Below are positions 10,372 to 18,534 of a DNA stretch of 64,000 nucleotides, piece after piece. The DNA is from Candidatus Marinacidobacterales bacterium (lineage in GTDB: Bacteria > Acidobacteriota > Vicinamibacteria > Marinacidobacterales > SMYC01): NCBI GenBank assembly GCA_965224085.1, contig CBDCYI010000004.1, forward strand, positions 288,001 to 352,000, given 5' to 3'. How positions within the stretch are numbered: position 1 is the first letter of the stretch; the number at the start of each line of letters is the position of its first letter. The notes below the pieces were generated by a model. That model searched no databases, was not told where the DNA came from, and saw nothing but the letters and a program-made list of their open reading frames with translations. The position numbers and the translations under genes were made by a program.

Positions 10372-11490
10372 TCAAGTGCATGAGACGATCGCTTGGACGA
10401 GGCGCGCGACCTCTTCCTCGGTGTTGAAGAAATGACAAGCGACCCGGAGGAATCGGTCGTCTTTGACGCTCGCGAGAATCTTGCGGTCTTCCAAACACGC
10501 TTGGATCTCGGACGCACCTCTCATCTCGAAGCTTACGATGCCGGCGCGTTCCTCCCATAGGTCGGGGGTTGCGGCCACGAGGCCCGCGACTCGCGCGCTT
10601 TCGATTAGCTCCGTCGTGAGCTTTTTGACGCGTGCCTCGATATTCTCGAGCCCGAGCTCTCTCAAGAACTCCGAGGAGCGCTTCAGCACCGCGAGGCCGA
10701 GATAGTTCGGGTTGCCATATTCGAAACGGTGCGCATCCGCGGCGAGCTCGAGCGTCTCATCCCATTTATTGGGCGACGCGAAGCTGAACTTCGCGGCATA
10801 GGGCGGCTCCACCCGCGGGATGACCTCTTCGCGCACGTAGAGAAATCCAGCCCCCGCGAGACCGAGAAGGCCTTTGTGGCCGCCGCAAGCAATAGCGTCC
10901 GCCTCGAGGGCGACGAGCGGCGTCGCCAGCACACCCACTCCCTGGATCCCGTCGACGACTAGCAACACGTCGCGCTCGCGGCACGCCCGGCCGAGCGCCG
11001 GCAGATCGAAGCGATATCCCACCCCGTAGGTGACCCAAGAGACCGCGACGACGCGGGTGCGCGCGCTGAGCTTTTGGATCAAGTGGTGTGCTCCGCCGGG
11101 CGCGATCGTGATCGTGACGCCGCGGCCTGCGAGACGCCGCCAAGGCAGCAAGTTGGCCTCGTGCTCGAGATCGCTGACGATCACTTCGTCTCCTTCGCTG
11201 AGGCCGAGGCCGGAGGCGAGGATGTTGATTCCCTCCGAAGTATTCTTGACGAAGGCGAGCATGTGCGCGGGTGCGCCGACGAGCGCCGCCAGCGACGCGC
11301 GGGTTTCTTCGCACCGCTCCATGTCGAAAGCGTTCTTCCCGGCGTTATCATGGAAGTCGCGCAGAAAGCCGGCGATCGCGTCTTCAGCGCAACGCGGCAA
11401 GGGCGCTTTGTGCGCTAGCGCGAAATGAGCCCAGTTCTCGAGCAGCGGGAACTCGCTGCGGATTTCTGCGATCTCGGCGTCAATAAGCAT
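10372..11490 (-). CDS. Class V PLP aminotransferase / cysteine desulfurase-like protein
   Basis: RSEFP, NTSEGIN, EHEAN, VDGIQG, GGHKGLLG, RFEYG, HFFNT. Confidence 0.88.
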   Translation of the reverse strand: MLIDAEIAEIRSEFPLLENWAHFALAHKAPLPRCAEDAIAGFLRDFHDNAGKNAFDMERCEETRASLAALVGAPAHMLAFVKNTSEGINILASGLGLSEGDEVIVSDLEHEANLLPWRRLAGRGVTITIAPGGAHHLIQKLSARTRVVAVSWVTYGVGYRFDLPALGRACRERDVLLVVDGIQGVGVLATPLVALEADAIACGGHKGLLGLAGAGFLYVREEVIPRVEPPYAAKFSFASPNKWDETLELAADAHRFEYGNPNYLGLAVLKRSSEFLRELGLENIEARVKKLTTELIESARVAGLVAATPDLWEERAGIVSFEMRGASEIQACLEDRKILASVKDDRFLRVACHFFNTEEEVARLVQAIVSCT

Positions 11491-12010
11491 CGATAGCATC
11501 CGGAAAACGCGCTTTGTCGGACTGCTCCGGCACGGGCTCGGTCAAACGATACCCCGTCGCCATGACGCTTCCGTCGCCGCCCGGCGCCCACCACGCCCAA
11601 ACCGCGCGCGCGACGTTGTCACCGAGATTCACCATGCGGTGCATCGTGTTGGGAGGCGTGTAGAGCGCGGTACCGGGTTCGGCGATGAAGGTCTCGTCGC
11701 CGACCGTCCACTCGACCCGACCCTCGAGCACGTAATACATCTCTGGCGCCGGGTGAAGGTGGCCGGGATAGATGGCCCGGGGCGCGAGCTCGAGCTCGCC
11801 AAAGGAAAAATCTTGCTGTGGGATGGTGTTGGTTCCGACGAGCGTCTTCCACCGGACCACTTCCTTCATAACATCCGGTAGGTTGGGTTGAGGATCCCAA
11901 GTAACTTGAGACGCGTTCACATGCGTCGAGCTGTCTTGAACCGACGACGTGGCGGACGTAACCGCCAGCACAGCCATTGTCAATGTCGTGATCACTGCGA
12001 TCTTTCTCAT
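11480..12010 (-). CDS. Secreted cupin (DddW/DddK-like metal motif)
   Basis: Signal peptide; VRWKTL; YPGHLHPAPEMYYVLEG...YTPPNTMH. ATGA overlap with the upstream gene. Confidence 0.75.
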   Translation of the reverse strand: MRKIAVITTLTMAVLAVTSATSSVQDSSTHVNASQVTWDPQPNLPDVMKEVVRWKTLVGTNTIPQQDFSFGELELAPRAIYPGHLHPAPEMYYVLEGRVEWTVGDETFIAEPGTALYTPPNTMHRMVNLGDNVARAVWAWWAPGGDGSVMATGYRLTEPVPEQSDKARFPDAIDAY

Positions 12011-12900
12011 AAGCGCTCCTGTCGAGGCCCGCGTCTCGGGGCCGTGACACCGTGCATCCACACAAGACGTATCACACGAAAGCGGTGTCCGCGATAAGGT
12101 TCGAGGAGCTCGACCATGCGCTCTTCGGAAGCCCGCTCTTCGCCCGCCAACAAATAAGCGATCGTGTCAGGGAGATTGTAGTCCCCGAGGAGCACCGCGT
12201 CGGGTGCGCCGAGCGCCGTACCCCGCACATAAGCGATCGTCCAGGGCCCGATGCCGCGTATCGCGGTCAGAACTTGAGAGAAAGTTTCGCCGCTCATTGA
12301 AGTTGACGCGGCCTCTTCGATGCGCGACGCGTATTTGGCGACGCGTCGGATCGTGCGGGCCTGTTTGGGGCGCACGCCAAGTGCTATGAGCACGTAGTCG
12401 GGGGTCGAGGCGAGCGTTCCCGGATCGGGTGGAAGACGGAGCTCGACTGGTCCGGGCGCGGGCACGCCGAGCTTTCGTACGAGCTTGCCCCAGGAGCTTA
12501 CGGCCTCTTGCCAAGTGATGAGCTGGAGCAACGTCACTTGGACGACGCGGTAGACGATGCGCGGGAACGATGGCAAGTGGATCCCCGGATATTGCCGCCA
12601 TAGCTTTCGGACGACGCCGCCGTCCGGCTCGAACGTTTTCGGGTTGTCCTCGAGGCCGAGAAGCTTCGCGGCGTGCGGCATGAGCCAGGAGGCGCCGTCC
12701 CCGAAACCGTGAACGGTGAGCCTCCGGCCTCGTTGCTCTACCACGAGACTCGCTGGCCCTTCGGGCGTTCCGAGTGCGAGGGCCATGGCACCGTCTTCGA
12801 GGCGCAACGTGGGATCGTATTTTCCCATGCGCGAGGCCGCCATCGTTCGTCTCAAGTCGTAGGCTTCGGGTGCTTCGAGCTCGACGGTAATATCGGCCAA
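12007..12900 (-). CDS. AlkA-like HhH-GPD DNA glycosylase
   Basis: HhH motif LTAIRGIGPWT; GAPDAVLLGD; LEPYRGHR. Confidence 0.85.
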   Translation of the reverse strand: MADITVELEAPEAYDLRRTMAASRMGKYDPTLRLEDGAMALALGTPEGPASLVVEQRGRRLTVHGFGDGASWLMPHAAKLLGLEDNPKTFEPDGGVVRKLWRQYPGIHLPSFPRIVYRVVQVTLLQLITWQEAVSSWGKLVRKLGVPAPGPVELRLPPDPGTLASTPDYVLIALGVRPKQARTIRRVAKYASRIEEAASTSMSGETFSQVLTAIRGIGPWTIAYVRGTALGAPDAVLLGDYNLPDTIAYLLAGEERASEERMVELLEPYRGHRFRVIRLVWMHGVTAPRRGPRQERL

Positions 12901-12912
12901 TGTGGAATCCTG

Positions 12913-13251
12913 TCAAAGCACGTCGCGGCGAAGATCGGGGAACACGTGAGATACCTCATTAATAAGGTAGTCTCCGTAGCTCCCCTCGAAGGCATGAACG
13001 CTCGAGCCGTCCCATCGCTCAGCGGCGTTGTCTTCGGCAACACGGCCGGTATCGATGTTGTGGAGAGCACCGATTTCCGCATCTACGAGCCGAGAAAAAA
13101 AATGCAACTCGAGCCCGAGGCTGAGCGCCATGGTTTCCATCACGCGCCGGCCAAGCGCGGTCATGGCATCCATATAGATCTGCATAGGAGCGCTTACGGC
13201 TTGAATGTCGATGACGGGCAGGAAAGTCGTCGGGGTCACATGGGCGATCAT
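12913..13251 (-). pseudogene. Internally deleted IPNS-like 2OG-Fe(II) oxygenase
   Basis: LPVIDI, YMDAMTALGRRVMETMALSLGL and RWDGSSVHAFEGSYGDYL..VFPDL are joined in one frame of 112 codons. The HxD..H catalytic core is absent. Confidence 0.75.
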
Positions 13252-13291
13252 GAGGCTCTTCGGGCGGTGGCGCAAATCACCGGGTTGAGCT

Positions 13292-13320
13292 TTGACACAC
13301 GGTCTGGACCGCGGTAGAGT
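13292..13320 (+). promoter_or_regulatory. Sigma70-type promoter of the cold-shock gene, with a ~150-nt leader
   Basis: TTGACA-N17-TAGAGT. Confidence 0.75.
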
Positions 13321-13476
13321 TTTCTTTGTAGAGTGTAGTTTTTCTCTACCTGTACCAGCAGTGGACCGCAGGGAGAAAAGACTTAGCCCTGTGGTTTTTT
13401 TTGTTGCCAGTGCGAGGTCTACACAATACCCCGGCTTCGGCCGGGTCAAATTTTGAGGAAAGGAGGTAGACCCGCA

Positions 13477-13677
13477 ATGGCAGAAGGCACCGTGAAGTGG
13501 TTCAACGATAGCAAGGGTTTCGGATTCATTCAGCGTGAAGACGGACCTGACGTTTTCGTTCACCACTCGGCTATCGTCGGCACAGGTTTCAAATCGCTCC
13601 AAGAAGGTGAGCGAGTCGAGTTCGAGATCACCCAGGGACCCAAGGGACCCCAGGCCGCGAACGTGAAACCCGTCTAG
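13477..13677 (+). CDS. csp: Cold-shock protein (CspA family)
   Basis: [24 protein letters not shown]; RBS AGGAGGT. Confidence 0.97.
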   Translation: MAEGTVKWFNDSKGFGFIQREDGPDVFVHHSAIVGTGFKSLQEGERVEFEITQGPKGPQAANVKPV

Positions 13678-13698
13678 TCGACCTGTATCAAAGTTATT

Positions 13699-13728
13699 AG
13701 CCCCGTCGCCTTTTGGCGGCGGGGCTTT
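13699..13728. terminator. Intrinsic terminator hairpin between convergent genes
   Basis: AGCCCCGTCGCC-TTTT-GGCGGCGGGGCT-TT. Confidence 0.75.
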
Positions 13729-14077
13729 ATTCTTTCAGGGTGGGCCGCTCGGCCTTCGTGATCACTTCACGCAAGAGAATGGCTTCTGGCTCGAGACATT
13801 CTCCGACGCTCGCGCCGGCTTGCTCCGCGGCTTTTTTCTCGGCGAGGATCTCGAGGAAGTGATAAGCGCGCTTCGCGGCCTCGAGGAGCTCGGGCGCCGC
13901 GGCAATCAGAAGGCCGTTGTGCTCATCGAGCACCCCATATTTCAATCCTTCATGGCTTCCGCCGGCGACGACGACCTCTTCGTCTTCGCCGATGATGAAG
14001 CCGCCGTCCTCGTCATCCATCCAGGCGGTACCGTCTTCGAAGCCGATGCGCCACGGCCCCGGTGTGTATTGAGGCAT
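13727..14077 (-). CDS. Hypothetical protein of the phage-associated TPGPW...LIAAAPELLEA type
   Basis: Motifs YTPGPW and NGLLIAAAPELLEA; RBS GGGGAGG. Confidence 0.7.
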   Translation of the reverse strand: MPQYTPGPWRIGFEDGTAWMDDEDGGFIIGEDEEVVVAGGSHEGLKYGVLDEHNGLLIAAAPELLEAAKRAYHFLEILAEKKAAEQAGASVGECLEPEAILLREVITKAERPTLKE

Positions 14078-14149
14078 TGCCCTCCCCTTTCGTCCGTCTA
14101 TCCTTCACGCTAGCAAATTCCGGCGCCTTTTCGCTATGCTGCTCTCACC

Positions 14150-14260
14150 ATGCGAGTACTTCTCTTGATGCTCCTGGCCGCCGTGCAAAATGAACGCTGC
14201 GTGATCTGCGAGCTGAAGGACGGTAAGTTCGTCCCGCTAACCGACTGGCTGGAGCCATAG
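14150..14260 (+). pseudogene. 36-aa mini-ORF, possible collapsed substrate-binding-protein relic
   Basis: Signal-peptide-like start MRVLLLMLLAA joined to KDGKFVPLTDW, which resembles the C-terminus of LivJ-type binding proteins. Confidence 0.35.
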
Positions 14261-14321
14261 ACCGACGACGGCGACGGGCTGCGACACGGTGTGAATAGCG
14301 CGCGTTCGTTCGCGCTTGGAT

Positions 14322-14732
14322 TTATGCAGGCAACGGTTCTTCCCAATCCTCCCAGCTCAATCCGACGATCCTCGAAAACTCGTCCACGTTGCGCGTCACG
14401 AGCGTTAGTTCGTGTGTCACGGCAATCGAAGCGATCATCAAGTCGTTCGCCCCGATGCGTTGCCCAATGCGCTCGAGCTCTGCGCGAATGATGCCGTAGT
14501 TGTTCGTGCAATCGTCATCGAAAGGAATGGCGACGAGTGGGGCGAAAAACGTATGGAGGACGCGAAGGTTTTCCGCGGGCCGCGCGCTTTTGCGTGCGCC
14601 GTAGACGAGCTCGGCCTTCACCACGGAACAGAGCTGTATCTCGGATGGCGGCTTCGATTGGAATCTCTCGATGAGCTCGGTCGATGAGTCATTCAGAATC
14701 TTGATGCACGCGTTTGTGTCCAGAAGATACAT
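14322..14732 (-). CDS. vapC: VapC PIN-domain toxin
   Basis: YLLDTN, AELVYG, IGANDLMIASIA, LVTRN..EF. Confidence 0.93.
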   Translation of the reverse strand: MYLLDTNACIKILNDSSTELIERFQSKPPSEIQLCSVVKAELVYGARKSARPAENLRVLHTFFAPLVAIPFDDDCTNNYGIIRAELERIGQRIGANDLMIASIAVTHELTLVTRNVDEFSRIVGLSWEDWEEPLPA

Positions 14733-14955
14733 CGAGCTCCTCGCGCTCTTCGAGATTCAACGGCTGTGGCCTTACTAGCGGTTCACCTTTGAAGCCTCCG
14801 ACCACCGTCGCGAAATATCCGTCCGGCCAGTCATCGGCCACCTGGCTTCGCACGAGCGCCGCGAGAAAGGCTGAAACACTGAGCCCGCGACGAGCGGCCC
14901 GTCTGCGGACCTCTCGTTCAAGTTCTTCCGGCAGATAGAGATGCAATTGGGCCAT
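14689..14955 (-). CDS. vapB: VapB-like RHH antitoxin
   Basis: MAQLHLYLPEEL..RRAARRGLSVSAF; overlaps the vapC start. Confidence 0.8.
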   Translation of the reverse strand: MAQLHLYLPEELEREVRRRAARRGLSVSAFLAALVRSQVADDWPDGYFATVVGGFKGEPLVRPQPLNLEEREELDVSSGHKRVHQDSE

Positions 14956-14979
14956 AGCAAATATATTCTAGCACATATA

Positions 14980-15258
14980 ACAGGAGGAAAAGAGGCCTTT
15001 GAAGAGATGGAAGGGGGTTTGGTACGCGGGCTGAATCATTGCCAGACCGGCAAGCTCCAGATCTTCAAGTTGCTGGCGGATCGCAAGATGCAGCTCAAGG
15101 AGGATTTCGATCTGAAGCACTTCCACGACCAAATCATCACCCTGGGATCGGTTCCATTGTCCCTCCTCCGGTGGCAAATCACCTGCCTAGACGACGAAAT
15201 GGACAAGTTTTGGAACCCGGTAAGACTCTCCTCCATCTTGGAGCCGGTCTCGAACTGA
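14980..15258 (+). pseudogene. C-terminal relic of a DUF885-family protein
   Basis: LLADRKMQLKEDFDLKHFHDQIITLGSVPLSLLRW is homologous to the C-termini of the genes at 18535 and 31357. Confidence 0.8.
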
Positions 15259-15366
15259 GCTCCGCGTGCGAGCCGTGTTCTTCGCTAGCGCCGCCGTTCG
15301 TCCGTAGACTCTGCCATGATGAAGACCATCGTCGGAGCGGTTCATTGGGACCGTTTGCGAGTACGG

Positions 15367-17106
15367 CTACCTCGCTTCATCCCCGGCAAGCTCTCGAGCC
15401 CGGGTGCGCAGCAGTTCGAGAGAGGGATCGAGCGCGAACGCCGACTCGTACATGGCGGCCGCCTGCTCACCATCTCCCCGGACCTCGAAGATAAGGCCTA
15501 GGTTCGCGTAGGCGGCTGCGAGAGAAGCGTCACGGGCCACCGCCTCCTCCAGCACCGGCTCGGCCTCCAAGTACCGTTGCTGGCGAACGAGCGCCATTCC
15601 CAGATTGACCAGGGCGGGAGCGTAGCTGGGCGCGTCCCGCACCGCTTTTCGAAACTCTTGCTCGGCAGCGGACAAGTCATTACGGGCAAGGAGGATGGTT
15701 CCCAGAAGGTTGTGTGCCTCGGGGTAGGCGGGTGCGATCTGGACCGCTCGCAAAAGAAGCCGTTCCGCCTCGAGGTCCTCACTCCTTTCCAAAAGGAGCG
15801 ACGCGTAGTTGAAATGAGCCTTGGCGCTCGCGGGCGACGTCCGAACGGTGGCGGCGAACAAGGTTTCGTCGCTTTGCCAGTCTCTGTTTCTCAACACCGC
15901 GACCCAGAGATTCGCCACCAGAACAAACACCACCAGTACCAGAGTCGCTGCCCTCCACGGGAGGGCGCGGCTCATGCCTTCTGAAATGGCACATCCGGCA
16001 AGAAGGCAGAGCCCCACCGAGGGGAGGTAGAGCACGCGCTCGGCCATGATCGTCCCGATGGTGAACAACACGTTGGAAACCGGCGCCAGCAAGAGAGAGA
16101 AAGCGATGAGGGCCAGTGCTGCCAAGGGGGCTCGACGCCAAAGCGCCACCACGAGCACGGCGCACGAAGCGGCGATGAGGAGGGCGAGGAGCCGTGGATC
16201 CGTCCAGGACTGAATGAGAGGTATCTGGCGGTAGGAGTAATCCGCCGAAAGAGGATAGGGTACGAGGAAGAGAAGGACGTACTTCGCCGCCACCCACAGC
16301 GTCGTCGCCACCCCCTGGAGGGGAGCGGCTTCCACCAGAGGATTCTCGATGTATCGGGTGACGGCTCCGGAAGCACGGACGCCGCCCACCGCCGCGAAGC
16401 GCAGCAAGGTGTAGCCGGTGAGGGCGAGGCCGAGCGCGACATAGAGGCCGCGCCTCTGGTTCAGAAGATGACCTGGCCGAGAGGAGAAGGATTGCTGTGG
16501 AGCGTTGGCTCTGAGAAGGTCACTCACCACGATAACCGCTAACAAGGCGACGGCGCTTTCCTTGGCGAGAAGGCCGGCCACGAAGAGAAGCGCAATCGTA
16601 AGGGAGCGCCGTAGCGGTAAAGAGGGGCCTTCGAGCGAAAGGCACCACCCGGCCAGCACGAAGAACGCGGACAACAGATCGGCGCGTCCGAAGACGGGAG
16701 TCACCGCTTCGGTGTGGACGGCATGCACGGCGAACAGGGCCGCGCTCGTCACCGTTACCACAGCCGAACAGGAGAGCCGCCAAACGAGAGCCGCCACCAG
16801 GAGGCTGTTGGCGGCGTGAAGGACGATGTTGGTGACATGGTACAGGAAAGGACGGAGTCCGCCGAGGGCGTAGTTCAACGCGAACGAGTAGATGGTGAGC
16901 GGCCGGTACCATTCCACCTGTCCGTGAGTGACCGAGCCCTGACTCAACGAGGGCAAGGGGCTCAACGAGCGCACGAGGTCGTTGCGCACCACCTGGGCGT
17001 AATCGTCGTAAACGAACTCGTTCGAGGTGGTGTTCAAGTAAGGAAGGGTGGCCAGCACCGCGACCCCCGCCGCCATCGCAGCGCCGCGTCGGTTCGGTTT
17101 CGGCAT
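15367..17106 (-). CDS. TMTC-like (DUF1736) GT-C glycosyltransferase with TPRs
   Basis: FVYDD, YRPL, HTEAV..GRADL, LSADY, AERVLYLPS, multiple TM segments, C-terminal TPRs. Confidence 0.85.
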   Translation of the reverse strand: MPKPNRRGAAMAAGVAVLATLPYLNTTSNEFVYDDYAQVVRNDLVRSLSPLPSLSQGSVTHGQVEWYRPLTIYSFALNYALGGLRPFLYHVTNIVLHAANSLLVAALVWRLSCSAVVTVTSAALFAVHAVHTEAVTPVFGRADLLSAFFVLAGWCLSLEGPSLPLRRSLTIALLFVAGLLAKESAVALLAVIVVSDLLRANAPQQSFSSRPGHLLNQRRGLYVALGLALTGYTLLRFAAVGGVRASGAVTRYIENPLVEAAPLQGVATTLWVAAKYVLLFLVPYPLSADYSYRQIPLIQSWTDPRLLALLIAASCAVLVVALWRRAPLAALALIAFSLLLAPVSNVLFTIGTIMAERVLYLPSVGLCLLAGCAISEGMSRALPWRAATLVLVVFVLVANLWVAVLRNRDWQSDETLFAATVRTSPASAKAHFNYASLLLERSEDLEAERLLLRAVQIAPAYPEAHNLLGTILLARNDLSAAEQEFRKAVRDAPSYAPALVNLGMALVRQQRYLEAEPVLEEAVARDASLAAAYANLGLIFEVRGDGEQAAAMYESAFALDPSLELLRTRARELAGDEAR

Positions 17107-17207
17107 TAGAAACCCGAGATGGCCATCTCAGTTTATCACGGTGAGGAGGTAGGGACGGCGTCGTCGGGCCGTTCGACAAAGCCTGTTGCGGCCGATCGCG
17201 TGCCCTT

Positions 17208-18521
17208 TTATTGAAGGACCTCGAGGGCCAGCTCGGCGTAGAGACGGGCCTGCTGGGCGAGTGAGTCGATATCGACCCACTCGTCCGGGGCGTGAGAGTT
17301 GCCGCCCCTGGTGACGCCAAACGAGACCCACTTGGACCCGAGATTCCAAATGTCGGGCCGGCCACCGCCGGCGGACATCCTCCACTCGGGCTTCCGACCG
17401 GTGTAGGAGGGAGCGATCTCGAAAATGGCGGCAATCAAAGGGTCTTTTTCGTTCAGCAGCTCCCAGTAGTGGTCGGGAACCTTCTGTGTTCCGATCGTCT
17501 CGATCTCGACGTGAAGGTCCGGGTCCTCCCGGTTCATCTGCTCCATCAGATTCCCCAGCTCCTTGAGGACACGCTGGGGATCCTGATTAGGGAACAAACG
17601 GATATCGATGTCCGCTTCGGCGTGGTCCGGTACCATGTTGACCTCATAGCCGCCGACCACCTTGTTGACTTCGACGAACGGCTTTCCTTCTCCTTCGCTG
17701 GACACGTAGTTGGCGAAGAGAGGGTCCGCCTCCCACCTCATCCAGCGATCGACGTCCAGTACGACGGGAATGATCTTGGCAAGCTTGTGAATGGCGTTCA
17801 CCGGCGCCCTTCCCTCTTCAACGGTGGCACCGGGATGGGCCATGTGTCCCTTCACGATCAGTTTCAGCCAGATGTGACCACCGGCCCGCTTCACGATGTT
17901 GCCGCTGCCGCCCCCGGCCAGATACCAATCGGCCTGGATGAGCTCGGGACGCTTCTCCACCACCCAGGGTAGGCAGAACTCGGTGCCTCCCTCGCCGGGA
18001 ATGAAGAGCAGGATGAGGTCTCCCTTCAGAGCGACTCCGGACTCCTTGAGAACACGTGCGCTCTCGATCATTGCGGCGACCGAGCCTTTGGAGTTCGTCG
18101 CGCCCCGCCCCCAGATGCGGCCGTCCTTAATCTCCGCACCCAGCGGATCGACCGACCAGAGCGATCGTTTCCCGATGTAGACGGTGTTGTAGAGCTGGGT
18201 CATGCCGAGCGCCGGCTTTCCCTCCGAGCCCTTCAAACGGCCGGTCACCGCCGGGAAGTCCGACTCGGCAGGGCGCACCACTTCGAGCTGAAGCCCAATC
18301 TTGCGGATCTCCTCCGCGATAAACTGGGCGATCTCCTCGTGATTGTGGGTCACGTTGCGTTCGTACTCGCTGTTGATGCGGACCATCTTCTGGGTCATCG
18401 CCACGATCCGGTCTCGATCCACCAGATCCATGGGAGAAGACGTTTGCCCGAGGCACGGCAACGAGGCCAGTGCCAGGATCAGCGTCGAGAACGCGAGACT
18501 CATAGGGAAAAGTCTTGGCAT
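17208..18521 (-). CDS. Secreted M20 (ArgE/DapE) fold protein with a degenerate metal site
   Basis: WSVDP..DGRIWGRGA.., VKGHMAH..VNAI, NMVPD..DIR and SHAPDE are present, but the metal-ligand motifs are altered. Signal peptide. Confidence 0.88.
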   Translation of the reverse strand: MPRLFPMSLAFSTLILALASLPCLGQTSSPMDLVDRDRIVAMTQKMVRINSEYERNVTHNHEEIAQFIAEEIRKIGLQLEVVRPAESDFPAVTGRLKGSEGKPALGMTQLYNTVYIGKRSLWSVDPLGAEIKDGRIWGRGATNSKGSVAAMIESARVLKESGVALKGDLILLFIPGEGGTEFCLPWVVEKRPELIQADWYLAGGGSGNIVKRAGGHIWLKLIVKGHMAHPGATVEEGRAPVNAIHKLAKIIPVVLDVDRWMRWEADPLFANYVSSEGEGKPFVEVNKVVGGYEVNMVPDHAEADIDIRLFPNQDPQRVLKELGNLMEQMNREDPDLHVEIETIGTQKVPDHYWELLNEKDPLIAAIFEIAPSYTGRKPEWRMSAGGGRPDIWNLGSKWVSFGVTRGGNSHAPDEWVDIDSLAQQARLYAELALEVLQ

Positions 18522-18534
18522 GGGGCGTCTCCTT

